From Desulfurococcales archaeon (GTDB lineage: Archaea; Thermoproteota; Thermoprotei_A; Sulfolobales; AG1), in assembly GCA_026990885.1 (NCBI GenBank), contig JALXCO010000222.1, forward strand, positions 1 through 44,042: a stretch of DNA of 44,042 nt. Direction: 5' to 3'. Of the stretch, positions 17,981 to 27,141 are shown piece by piece; the stretch's first letter is position 1; every line of letters starts with the position of its first letter. The translations under genes were made by a program, and so were the position numbers. A model generated the notes under the pieces. The model was not told where the DNA came from and did not search any database. It was given only the letters and a program-made list of their open reading frames with translations.

Positions 17981-18925
17981 ATGATCCATATGTCGAGAGA
18001 GGTAGCCGATGTATATATAGATCCGGATAAAACCGACATCGAGGACCTGGTAGATATATACAGCAGAATACACGGGTTCACGGCAGCGAGCATATATGAA
18101 GCCATAGATATGCTTCTTGAGATGCTTGATAAGGCGGATTTGAGATTCCTATCATTCACAGGTAACATAGTGTCCACGGGGCTGAGGGGGATACTGGCCC
18201 AGCTGCTGGACCTCAAGATATTTAATGTAGTGATAACCACATGTGGGGCTATAGACCATGACATAGCGAAGGGTATGGGGGGTAGGTATCTTAAAGGGTC
18301 TTTTGATATGGATGATCTAGAGCTGGCTAAAAAAGAGATCCATAGGCTAGGAAATATATTGATCCCGAAAGAAAGCTACGGGCTTATAATAGAGAGATTC
18401 ACCCACCAACTAGTGGATGAGCTAACCAAAGCCAAGAAGGAGTGGGGACCCCGAGAAATCCTTAGAGAGGCCGGAAAAAAGCTGAGTGGAGATAGAAACT
18501 CTATTCTCGGAGCCTCATACAGAAACAACATACCCATATACGTCCCGGGCATCACGGACGGCGCCTTCGGCACCGCGCTATATACCAGATCCAAGGTCAC
18601 TGGACTGAAAATAGATCTATTCAAAGACATGGATGAGCTGGCCGAGCTAGTATTTAAATCAAGAGTTAGCGGAGCACTAATACTTGGTGGAGGAATAAGC
18701 AAGCACCACACAATATGGTGGAACCAGTTCAAGGAGGGGCTAGACTACGCCATATATATAACCACAGCGATCGAGTGGGACGGCTCGCTGAGCGGGGCTA
18801 GGCCGAGGGAGGCTATAAGCTGGGGAAAACTCAAAGAGAGGTCCCGCAACACATATATATATGGCGACGCAACCGTGATCATGCCTATAATAGCTATGTA
18901 CATAATCAAGAAGATAGCCAGATGA
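17981..18925 (+). CDS. dys: Deoxyhypusine synthase
   Basis: The 314-aa size fits. Family motifs present are GGGISKHH and EWDGSLSGARPREAISWGK. Confidence 0.9.
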   Translation: MIHMSREVADVYIDPDKTDIEDLVDIYSRIHGFTAASIYEAIDMLLEMLDKADLRFLSFTGNIVSTGLRGILAQLLDLKIFNVVITTCGAIDHDIAKGMGGRYLKGSFDMDDLELAKKEIHRLGNILIPKESYGLIIERFTHQLVDELTKAKKEWGPREILREAGKKLSGDRNSILGASYRNNIPIYVPGITDGAFGTALYTRSKVTGLKIDLFKDMDELAELVFKSRVSGALILGGGISKHHTIWWNQFKEGLDYAIYITTAIEWDGSLSGARPREAISWGKLKERSRNTYIYGDATVIMPIIAMYIIKKIAR

Positions 18926-19740
18926 AAACAATGCAGCCAACTCTAGAGGGCATCATATACGCATCAATACTTCAGGGCGTAAGCGAGTGGCTACCAATAA
19001 GCAGTAGCGGGCAGGTTGTTCTCTATCTATTCAACGTGCTGAAGCTCGATCCGAGGAATGCTCTAGATATAGCCTTAATGCTTCATCTAGGAACAGCACT
19101 GTCCGGGCTGGCATACTATGCCAGGGACCTCCTGGGGGAAAGGTGGAGGGAAAACTTTAGGTTTCTGGCTGTGAGCTACGCGTCCTCTATAGCTGTCGCC
19201 GCACCTATATATCTGTATATTATACCCAACCTCACCATGTATCTGGATCAGGTAAATATCTTTATAGGTGTAGCTCTAGTAGCTAGCGGCATTCTACTCA
19301 AGAAAGCGGGATCTAGGAGCCTTGGCCCGAGCCATAGAGGATCAGGCAGCCACACACCCGACACCAGATCCTCAATAATATATGGAGTAGCCCAAGGAAT
19401 AGCCATACTCCCCGGATTATCGAGGAGCGCTCTAACGCTATTCACGCTGATCTATCTCGGGTATAGGCCCTCGACAGCGGTTAAATACATGGTTCTAGGC
19501 GGTATACCAGCTACACTCACCGCTGGGGTGGTATCTCTCTATATGGGTGCGGGAGGCCCTGGATCATATATAGACCCCTTAACAGGCGCTCTAGCCATAG
19601 GCTTAACCTTTCTTGTAGGGGTATCGCTAATAAAGTTTCTGACTGTCTTCTCCAGTAGGGCGAGTGTGTATGTGTTCAATATAGGTTTTGGATTATTCAT
19701 AATAGCCCTGCACGTCCCGCTACTTCTACAACTGATCTAG
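18922..19740 (+). CDS. uppP: Undecaprenyl-diphosphatase (UppP/BacA family; polyprenyl-diphosphate phosphatase in archaea)
   Basis: It has the motifs SEWLPISSSGQ and PGLSRSA, and is polytopic and hydrophobic. It overlaps the dys stop by 4 nt (ATGA). Confidence 0.8.
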   Translation: MKTMQPTLEGIIYASILQGVSEWLPISSSGQVVLYLFNVLKLDPRNALDIALMLHLGTALSGLAYYARDLLGERWRENFRFLAVSYASSIAVAAPIYLYIIPNLTMYLDQVNIFIGVALVASGILLKKAGSRSLGPSHRGSGSHTPDTRSSIIYGVAQGIAILPGLSRSALTLFTLIYLGYRPSTAVKYMVLGGIPATLTAGVVSLYMGAGGPGSYIDPLTGALAIGLTFLVGVSLIKFLTVFSSRASVYVFNIGFGLFIIALHVPLLLQLI

Positions 19741-19843
19741 AATACAGGCACCGAAACCCAGATGGCTTGTGCAGAGAGGAAGCCCCGGTCCCGAATGGCT
19801 CTAGATAGGTTCTAGAACCACCCACTATAATACCATATTATAT

Positions 19844-20197
19844 GTGTTGCGTATATATTATATTGGGGTAGCGATGGTATCGGCCAAACTAAATAAAGTC
19901 ATCAAGACCGGCGATAGGAGGTACGATGTGTATATTGAGATAAACTATAAAGATAAGCTATATGAGCTATACCTACCAAAACTCTCCAAGAAACCCTCAG
20001 AGGTTAAATTAGAGGTCAGCGGTGACAGGCTTCATCTAAAGCTTGTGAGCAGGGATGAAGGCATATGTTCTTGTGAGCTGGATCTTAAAGATATAGAGAA
20101 GGGGTGTGTGATGCTATCATGCAAACCCACGGCTGTATGGATCTCCGATACCGAGCTGATAAAGTCGCATAGGGTTTACCCTCTAGAATCGCAATGA
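19844..20197 (+). CDS. Hypothetical protein
   Basis: It is an ORF with no recognisable motif. The ATG at 19874 (MVSAKLNK...) is the likelier start. Confidence 0.4.
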   Translation: MLRIYYIGVAMVSAKLNKVIKTGDRRYDVYIEINYKDKLYELYLPKLSKKPSEVKLEVSGDRLHLKLVSRDEGICSCELDLKDIEKGCVMLSCKPTAVWISDTELIKSHRVYPLESQ

Positions 20198-20221
20198 AGA
20201 ATAGCCGGAAAGCCTTGCTCC

Positions 20222-21262
20222 CTACCTAACTATCCTGGATGACGCCTTCCTCAACCTATTCATGATGGCTAATCCTATACCCCTCTCTTCTACGGGTAGA
20301 GCTATACATAGATCTATATCCAGCTGGTCTATCTCTCTAAGCTTGGAGTATAGGTTTCTAGCCACCTCATACAGGTTATCTATAGACCCATAGGAGAGGT
20401 AGACCACCCCCAGAGGCTCGAAGTACCGGGAATACTCTTTGGGGCCAAGTACACATATTCTTAAACCCTCACCTATAAATGATCTTGCTACCTCGATAGC
20501 TCTCGGAACAGGATCCGCGGTATCTATAAGGATTAAAGCCCTATCTGGAGCATAGTGCCTATACTTCGTACCGGGGGATAGAGCCCTATCGGCGCTCCCG
20601 AACCCCCTAGCGAAGCTAGGTATGTTTACCCTGCCTATAGCCTTCTCTAGAAAATCAACATCTATTGGTCCAGGCCTTAGAAGTGTGGGGGGATCTGTAG
20701 TCAGATCTATAATTGTTGATTCAACACCAAAGAAAACCTCACCACCATCAAGTATGGCATCGATACTGTCCCCGAGGTCCCTCAACACATGCTCAGCCCT
20801 TGTCGGGCTAGGCTTACCGGATCTATTGGCGCTTGGAGCAGCTATCGGGGTGCCGGCCTCATCTATAAGCTCTAGAGCAACTGGGTGGGCGGGGCATCTA
20901 ACGGCTACCTTATCTAGGCCTCCTGTAGTTACTTTGGGGACCTCTGCCCTCTTCTTCAAAACTATGGTTAGGGGTCCCGGCCACGCCTTCTCGATCAGCC
21001 TATATGCCTCCTCGGGCACGTCGCGGGCTAGAACATCTATATGGTCGCTGCTGGATACGTGAACTATCAGCGGGTTATCAGCAGGCCTACCCTTAACCCT
21101 GAAGATCTTTTTCACAGCATCAGTGCTGAATGCATCGGCCCCAAGGCCATACACTGTTTCCGTTGGAAACGCAACCAACCCGCCCCGTCTAATGATTTCT
21201 GCAGCAGCTTTCAGGATATCTTTTTGTGGTTTAATAGGATCCACCCTATATACTATAACCAT
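20222..21262 (-). CDS. L-threonylcarbamoyladenylate synthase (Sua5/YwlC type, with C-terminal Sua5 domain)
   Basis: It has the YrdC-domain motifs PTETVYGLGADA and SANRSGKPSP. The 346-aa length implies the extra Sua5 C-terminal domain. Confidence 0.9.
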   Translation of the reverse strand: MVIVYRVDPIKPQKDILKAAAEIIRRGGLVAFPTETVYGLGADAFSTDAVKKIFRVKGRPADNPLIVHVSSSDHIDVLARDVPEEAYRLIEKAWPGPLTIVLKKRAEVPKVTTGGLDKVAVRCPAHPVALELIDEAGTPIAAPSANRSGKPSPTRAEHVLRDLGDSIDAILDGGEVFFGVESTIIDLTTDPPTLLRPGPIDVDFLEKAIGRVNIPSFARGFGSADRALSPGTKYRHYAPDRALILIDTADPVPRAIEVARSFIGEGLRICVLGPKEYSRYFEPLGVVYLSYGSIDNLYEVARNLYSKLREIDQLDIDLCIALPVEERGIGLAIMNRLRKASSRIVR

Positions 21263-21344
21263 CAGAACCTACCCGCAAAACACGCTTGCTATGTTGCTCC
21301 ACACACAGCTCCAGCCCTGATCTAGTATTTCATTAGACAGATAA

Positions 21345-21360
21345 TTAGCTAATTAGCTAA
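21345..21360. promoter_or_regulatory. Perfect 16-bp palindrome TTAGCTAATTAGCTAA upstream of the Sua5 gene
   Basis: The sequence equals its own reverse complement. It lies 83-98 nt upstream of the Sua5 start codon in a 249-nt spacer. Confidence 0.25.
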
Positions 21361-21511
21361 GAGGTTAAGCGGAGCCTTATAACCCCAATAGAGGAGGAAC
21401 AGGGACCTCCAGAGAAAATGCGTAGTTAACTAAATTGTTTTCGCCAGGAAGCCGGCCCGGTTAAAAGTGGGGATTGAGACATACTGTATCTACGATATGC
21501 ATGCGGGATGG

Positions 21512-22435
21512 CTAAACCATTCTGGGCTTCAGTATGTGCTCCACACTAGCTATAGGCTTACCATTAACCTCTATCGGCACCTTGGCTGGCGGGATCTTGA
21601 GGTAGCCAGGTATTCTGTTGGCTATCCTCTCCTCATATGTTGGGACGTGGGGGTTCTGGTAGAATACCCCGACATATATCTTGTCTCCGTAGAGATCCGA
21701 GAGGTCCCAGGCCCTCTTAATCTTATCGCCAGCCTCCTCAGGGGACTTCACCACGGGGTCCCAGTCCGGAAACTCCTTCTCGAGGTAGGCAATCTTTTGG
21801 GCGTAGACCTCTTTAGTGTATACATCGTTGTATGTGGGGCATGGCTGGAGGACCTCGACAACCGATAGACCCTTGTGCTGGATAGCCTTCTTGATAACCT
21901 CCTTCAGGTGCTGAACATTATACGCGTATCCCCTAGCTACAAAGGTGTATCCTGACGCGAGAGCCAATCTAACCGGGTTTATGGGGTCCTGCATGTTCGG
22001 CATCGGCAGGGCCTTAGTCTTTATGCCTCTTGGAAGGGTTGGGGAGGCCTGACCCTTGGTTAGCCCGTAGACCTGGTTGTTATGTATAATTATCGTTATA
22101 TCGATGTTTCTTCTACCCACAGAGACGAAGTGGCCCACACCTATACCCAGCTGATCGCCGTCGCCCCCGAAAACAACCACAGTAAGCTCCGGGTTAGCCA
22201 GCTTGAGGCCCGAGGCGAAAGTTACAGCCCTTCCATGAAGAGTGTGTACACCGTGTACATTGAAGTAGTGGGGTATCTTGCCTGAGCAGCCGATACCCCC
22301 AACCACGACTGTTTTATAGGGATCCAGCTTGAGCTCGGCGAAGGCCATCAAGGCTGAATTCAATATACCGTAGTCGCCGCATCCCGGGCACCAATCGGGG
22401 TTGAGGTTAGACTTATATGTTTGCATCAAAGCCAT
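21512..22435 (-). CDS. 2-oxoacid:ferredoxin oxidoreductase, beta (TPP-binding) subunit
   Basis: It has [11 protein letters not shown], the GGDGD...GIG TPP motif, and a 307-aa size like the two-subunit Sulfolobus/Aeropyrum-type enzymes. Confidence 0.9.
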   Translation of the reverse strand: MALMQTYKSNLNPDWCPGCGDYGILNSALMAFAELKLDPYKTVVVGGIGCSGKIPHYFNVHGVHTLHGRAVTFASGLKLANPELTVVVFGGDGDQLGIGVGHFVSVGRRNIDITIIIHNNQVYGLTKGQASPTLPRGIKTKALPMPNMQDPINPVRLALASGYTFVARGYAYNVQHLKEVIKKAIQHKGLSVVEVLQPCPTYNDVYTKEVYAQKIAYLEKEFPDWDPVVKSPEEAGDKIKRAWDLSDLYGDKIYVGVFYQNPHVPTYEERIANRIPGYLKIPPAKVPIEVNGKPIASVEHILKPRMV

Positions 22436-22542
22436 AATAACACCATCTAAACCTGTTATAATTCTCTAGCTCACTTTTAAAGTTTAACAGCCTTAATTAT
22501 ATCGGTAATTATAGAGATATAAACTATGGTGCAGATATAGAT

Positions 22543-22824
22543 CTATGATCTCTTCTTCCCCCTAACCCTCACGAGAACATATGTGTAGCCCCTGACCTCA
22601 CCAACTACAGCTCCAACCCTTTCAGCAAGCCTGGCCATGTCTTCATCGCTCACCTTAGCTCTAGCGGATTTTAGGAGGCGAACCTTAATCATTCCCGATA
22701 TCTCTAGTCTACGCTTGATCTCGTTCTCGATCCCTTCAGTAAGGCCATTTTTGCCCACTATAACGTCTACACCGCTGGACGACATCTTTCTTCTTATATC
22801 TTTCTTTCTAACCATGGATAACAC
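22543..22824 (-). CDS. YhbY-like CRM-domain RNA-binding protein
   Basis: The IVGKNGLTEGIENEIKRRLE...IKVRLL pattern is typical of the CRS1/YhbY domain. Confidence 0.65.
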   Translation of the reverse strand: MLSMVRKKDIRRKMSSSGVDVIVGKNGLTEGIENEIKRRLEISGMIKVRLLKSARAKVSDEDMARLAERVGAVVGEVRGYTYVLVRVRGKKRS

Positions 22825-22984
22825 CTGTATCAGCTAACCCACATAAATATCATCGATAGAGCACTTATAGGGTGAGGTACCTAGGGATATAGAAGTCCGT
22901 CTATAATATCTTAGCTGAGTAGAAGGATTTGAAAATATATTGGCTAGCTCTTGAGGGTTCTGCAAGATCATAAATCGCTTATAG

Positions 22985-23335
22985 CTATTGGATGGGATCG
23001 CCTGTTATGCCATAGTTCTGCTTCCACTCCTCAAAGATCTTCTTTTCAGTATCGTCTAGCTCCCTGGAGAACCTATACCATCCACTCTTAGCCTTTGAAT
23101 CATCGGGCGCCTGGCTGGTTTGCCAGATGCAGTTCACGGGGCACACACTTATACAGCTTCTATCATCTATGCAGAGGTCCCATATCAGCCTTGCTTTAGC
23201 GTTCTCATCCATCTCAAGGGCTTGTGTTGGGCATACAGCTACGCATGCGCCACAGCTTATACATATGTCCTGATCTATAACTATTCTCTCGTATTTCTTG
23301 AGCTCTTCTCCTGTGGGTGCGGACATGTGATACAC
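22985..23335 (-). CDS. Ferredoxin-like protein (4Fe-4S dicluster domain) with a C-terminal extension
   Basis: The first motif is CISCGACVAVCP, a canonical CxxCxxCxxxCP. The second motif, CIDDRSCISVCP, is non-canonical. Confidence 0.75.
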   Translation of the reverse strand: MYHMSAPTGEELKKYERIVIDQDICISCGACVAVCPTQALEMDENAKARLIWDLCIDDRSCISVCPVNCIWQTSQAPDDSKAKSGWYRFSRELDDTEKKIFEEWKQNYGITGDPIQ

Positions 23336-23364
23336 CCTTTAATTAATGCTAAAAATTTATAAAT

Positions 23365-24036
23365 ATGGGTCACCTTAAATTTAAGGTGCGTGGTATGAGG
23401 TATTTTATAACCGATATACTTATAGAGCATAGAGGCTGCAAGATACAGTATATATCCCACATGTGCGAGTCGTTCCAGTTTTTGGGGATCCAGTCTGGGG
23501 GCTCAAGGATCTATTATATAGGGTATAGATGCAGCAGCGACGTGAAGGATAGAGATCTCCCGAGCGGGGTTAGGGTGTATAAGCTGGGTAACGGCAGGAG
23601 TCTTTTTATAGTTGATAAATGCCTCGAGCATGTGGTGTTGGGGGAGCTCGATGTAGTGTTGCTGAACCAGTATATAAGGGATTGGAAGCCCGTCGTTAGT
23701 GTTCTGGTTAGGGGGACCTCCCATCTGAAGAGGGTGCTGAAGCACCTATACACCAGTAATCTAAGGCCCTTTGTTATCGGTATGAGGGGTCTGGATTCTG
23801 TGGGTAGGTCCAGAATATCTAAGAGGCAGGAGCAGGTTCTGGTTCTAGCCTATAGTAGAGGGTTCTTTAACAAGCCTCGGGGGACCACGCTGCTTGAGCT
23901 CTCTAGGGAGCTCAATATTACTGCGGCAACTCTAAATGAGATTATTAGGATTGGTGTTAGGAAGCTTATTGAGAGGTACCTTATAGATAATGGGCTATTA
24001 TCCAGGATCGGTGGGGGGCAACTGGGTAATGATTAG
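23365..24036 (+). CDS. HTH_10 (Bat-type) helix-turn-helix transcriptional regulator
   Basis: The C-terminal sequence SKRQEQVLVLAYSRGFFNKPRGTTLLELSRELNITAATLNEIIRIGVRKLI matches the bacterio-opsin-activator HTH pattern. The N-terminal domain is unassigned. An alternative start is at 23395. Confidence 0.65.
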   Translation: MGHLKFKVRGMRYFITDILIEHRGCKIQYISHMCESFQFLGIQSGGSRIYYIGYRCSSDVKDRDLPSGVRVYKLGNGRSLFIVDKCLEHVVLGELDVVLLNQYIRDWKPVVSVLVRGTSHLKRVLKHLYTSNLRPFVIGMRGLDSVGRSRISKRQEQVLVLAYSRGFFNKPRGTTLLELSRELNITAATLNEIIRIGVRKLIERYLIDNGLLSRIGGGQLGND

Positions 24037-25567
24037 GCTGGATGAATGCAGGAGATGCCCGAGGATAGCTGTTGTGTTCCCGATATATAGGAGAGCTGCC
24101 TTTGGGGGGTTGTTCCCGTATATTGTTAGGGAGTTTCTCGATCCGAGAAGGCTCTCTATAGATCTGTATTTCTCCGACCATAGGAAAAACGGGCTGTGGG
24201 TTGGGTACTATTCGGGGAGGCCTCTAGCCAGGAACGACTATATACTCTTCTCCCTATCCTACGAGCTGGACTACTACACGATGGTTAGGGCTCTTATCGA
24301 GAACGGTATCGAGCCTTATAGAGATAGAAGGAGGGGAACCCCTATAATTATTGTTGGGGGTCCCGCTGTAACCGGCAATCCAAGGCCCCTGGACTATATA
24401 GTTGATGTAGCCGTTGTGGGCGAGGCCGAACCCTTTCTGGCTGGGCTCCAGGAGTATGCTGATGCGCATAGCGGTGGCTACAGGTCTTTTATAGAGGAGA
24501 TCAGTGGGGTCCCCGGAGCCTACATACCTGAGCTAGGCAATAGTGTTGAGAGGGCCTGGGTCAGAGATCTTGATAGGCTCCACCACCCTATATACCAGTA
24601 TGAATCCAGCAGCAGGGATCTGGTTTACGGCTACGGGCTGAGGGTTGAGGCGACGAGAGGGTGCTATAGATCATGCTCATTCTGTATGGAGGGCCATATC
24701 TTTGTTCCGTTTAGATTCAGGAGATCGGGGACCCTCATAGATATCATTGAGAGGGGCGCATCTATAGCTGGTGTGGATAGGGTTGTATTCTTCTCGCTAT
24801 CCCTTTTCGACAGCCCCGAGATAGATAGGGTGCTTGAGTGGCTGGTCTCAAACAACTATAAGGCTAGCCTGCCATCTATCAGGCTGGAGACCCTAAACGA
24901 TGATAGGCTGGAGCTTATCGGTATGCTTGGACAGAAAACCCTAACTATAGCTCCGGAAACCGCGTCTGAGAGGATTGGGTGCCTGATCAGGAAGCCCTAT
25001 TCCATCGAGTCCGTGGTTGATGTGGCATCTAAATCCCTGAGGATAGGGATCCAGACAGTAAAGCTCTACTACATAATTGGTTTCCCAGGCGAGGATGATG
25101 GCGATGTGGAGGGGATCGCTAAGACCGCAAACAGGATAGTTGAGAGCTACAGGGGTAGACCCCGCAGAAGGATTGTTTACTTAAGCGTAAACCCGCTGAT
25201 ACCCAAGCCCCAAACACCTATGCAGTGGCTGGGGTTGATGAGTGAAGATGAGTATAGGAGGAAGATTAGGCTCCTGAGGAGAAGCCTGTTGAGGGGCTCT
25301 ATAGAGATCGAGTTTCTAGACTACAGGGTTGCCTATGTAACCGCCGCAATCGGGCTTGGCGGTAGCGAGATTGGTAGGGCTATAGTTGAGTGGGCCCTAA
25401 ATGGTGACGGTTCTCTAGCCGGCTTTCTGAGGGCTGCCAGGGGTCTGGGAATAGATCTGGGCTACGTAACATCGGGGAGGGAGCTAGGATCCGAGCTTCC
25501 TTGGAGCGTGATTAGAGACTCGAGAACTGGTTATTTTGAGGGTGAGTACAGATCCAAGTTCCTTTGA
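24029..25567 (+). CDS. Radical SAM enzyme with an N-terminal B12-binding-like domain (class B type), substrate unknown
   Basis: The CxxxCxxC cluster motif is CYRSCSFC. The N-terminal domain has the IIVGGPAVTGNP pattern seen in cobalamin-binding-domain radical SAM proteins. The ATG at 24029 overlaps the regulator's stop by 8 nt; the track start at 23990 is less likely. Confidence 0.75.
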   Translation: MIRLDECRRCPRIAVVFPIYRRAAFGGLFPYIVREFLDPRRLSIDLYFSDHRKNGLWVGYYSGRPLARNDYILFSLSYELDYYTMVRALIENGIEPYRDRRRGTPIIIVGGPAVTGNPRPLDYIVDVAVVGEAEPFLAGLQEYADAHSGGYRSFIEEISGVPGAYIPELGNSVERAWVRDLDRLHHPIYQYESSSRDLVYGYGLRVEATRGCYRSCSFCMEGHIFVPFRFRRSGTLIDIIERGASIAGVDRVVFFSLSLFDSPEIDRVLEWLVSNNYKASLPSIRLETLNDDRLELIGMLGQKTLTIAPETASERIGCLIRKPYSIESVVDVASKSLRIGIQTVKLYYIIGFPGEDDGDVEGIAKTANRIVESYRGRPRRRIVYLSVNPLIPKPQTPMQWLGLMSEDEYRRKIRLLRRSLLRGSIEIEFLDYRVAYVTAAIGLGGSEIGRAIVEWALNGDGSLAGFLRAARGLGIDLGYVTSGRELGSELPWSVIRDSRTGYFEGEYRSKFL

Positions 25568-25592
25568 GCCAAGCTGTATGGGGACTCTAAGA

Positions 25593-27140
25593 TCACGGCC
25601 CCTTCGATTCTACAGCCTTCTCAAACCTGTATTTGGGGTTCACGTACTCGTCCAGGGCTAGGCCTATCAGCACGAATCCCAGTGTGAATGAAACCACCCC
25701 GGTGAGGGGTGGAAGAATCCACCACCACGCGCCATTAACCAGGGCACCCTCGTAGTAGGCTTGGTTAAGCATTCTCCCCCATGAAGGGAATGTGGGGTCC
25801 CCGAATCCAAGTAGCTGGACAAGCACCTCGTTGAATATGACTGTGGGGACCTCTATAACCACTCCATACACTATAAGTGGAACCATTGCCGGGATGATAT
25901 GCTTCCTTATTATTCTCCCTGAACCCGCCCCAAGCGCTATAGCCGCCTCCACATACTGCTCGTTCCTGAGCGCTAGGGCCCACGATCTTGATAGCCTGGC
26001 TATCACCGGCCAGGAGAGCATGATTATAACTATATATATAACCAGCGTGCTCCTCCCGAAGAAGAGTGATGCAGCTATAAGTAGTGGGAGTCCAGGCAGC
26101 ATGAAGGTCATGTCGGTTATGAACGATACTAGGTGGTCTAGCTTGCTGCCTCCCCTATACCCGGCTATGGAGCCTAGGAGTATTCCGAAGAACACGATCA
26201 CTATGGCGGCGCTTACACCGAATATATTGGCTACACGTGCCCCAAGCAGGAATTGCGCGAACACGTCTCTGCCTGCATGATCCGTTCCCATCACACCGTA
26301 GGCTAGCCCATAAATCCTTATCTTCACGTCTCCCAGACCAAACACCGCCTCGGTATTTCCGCACCTGCTTGCTGGCTCGCATATGTAGGTTATGTTTATT
26401 CTTATGCTTATAGCCGTGTCTTTCGAGAATATTAGCTCGCTTACTGGGTTAACGTATATCGGTATCTTATACGGCTGGAAGGAATTGATCATGTGGTAGG
26501 GAAGCCTAATCGATGTCTCTATAGATTTGTTCGTGTGCTCGAACTGCTGCATGTTGAGCACGCTAAACGGCGGGTCTCTATAGTATATGTAGTACCATCT
26601 TGGAACAATATAGTAGGAGTCTCCCTGGGTTATGTTTCTGAATGATCCCTCAAGGTCGCTGTTGTAGAGGTAGTACGTTACCGAGTACCCTGGAGACGTC
26701 TCGCCTCTCAGATCTATCGTGTAGTTTACTGTTGCTAATATAGACCTTGGGGGGTCCTTCGTGTATATGAATCGATCTACGGACTCAACTATAAGGACCC
26801 CTCTCCCACCACCCGACACCTTGATCGTGTTCCCATCCATATCTATCTCTAGACGCCCCTCCCTCTCTACAGCGACAAGCCTCCACCCGCTGAATATGTA
26901 TTCCTGGTTCACCGGTATGTTAGGGTTGAAGAATGTGAACCATTCAGGGACTGCTAGGGTGTCGGCTACCTGCTGGCTTGTTGCCTCAGGATCAATTAGG
27001 TATGTTGGCCCCAGAAACCCGAGAATCAGGTAGGATATAACTATAGCCAGCCCCAGCACTCCTTTCCTGCTTTTCAGGATTATATATATGATCTCTGAAA
27101 CGCTCGATACATGCGACCCTGATGAAAGGCTCAAGCACAC
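25593..27140 (-). CDS. ABC transporter permease, DppC/OppC type, with a large extracytoplasmic insert
   Basis: The C-terminal 220 aa or so show the binding-protein-dependent permease pattern (EAAIALGAGSGRIIRKHIIP). It has one N-terminal TM, then about 250 non-hydrophobic residues before TM2. The start is GTG, 1 nt from the upstream stop. Confidence 0.85.
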   Translation of the reverse strand: MCLSLSSGSHVSSVSEIIYIILKSRKGVLGLAIVISYLILGFLGPTYLIDPEATSQQVADTLAVPEWFTFFNPNIPVNQEYIFSGWRLVAVEREGRLEIDMDGNTIKVSGGGRGVLIVESVDRFIYTKDPPRSILATVNYTIDLRGETSPGYSVTYYLYNSDLEGSFRNITQGDSYYIVPRWYYIYYRDPPFSVLNMQQFEHTNKSIETSIRLPYHMINSFQPYKIPIYVNPVSELIFSKDTAISIRINITYICEPASRCGNTEAVFGLGDVKIRIYGLAYGVMGTDHAGRDVFAQFLLGARVANIFGVSAAIVIVFFGILLGSIAGYRGGSKLDHLVSFITDMTFMLPGLPLLIAASLFFGRSTLVIYIVIIMLSWPVIARLSRSWALALRNEQYVEAAIALGAGSGRIIRKHIIPAMVPLIVYGVVIEVPTVIFNEVLVQLLGFGDPTFPSWGRMLNQAYYEGALVNGAWWWILPPLTGVVSFTLGFVLIGLALDEYVNPKYRFEKAVESKGP

Positions 27141-27141
27141 A

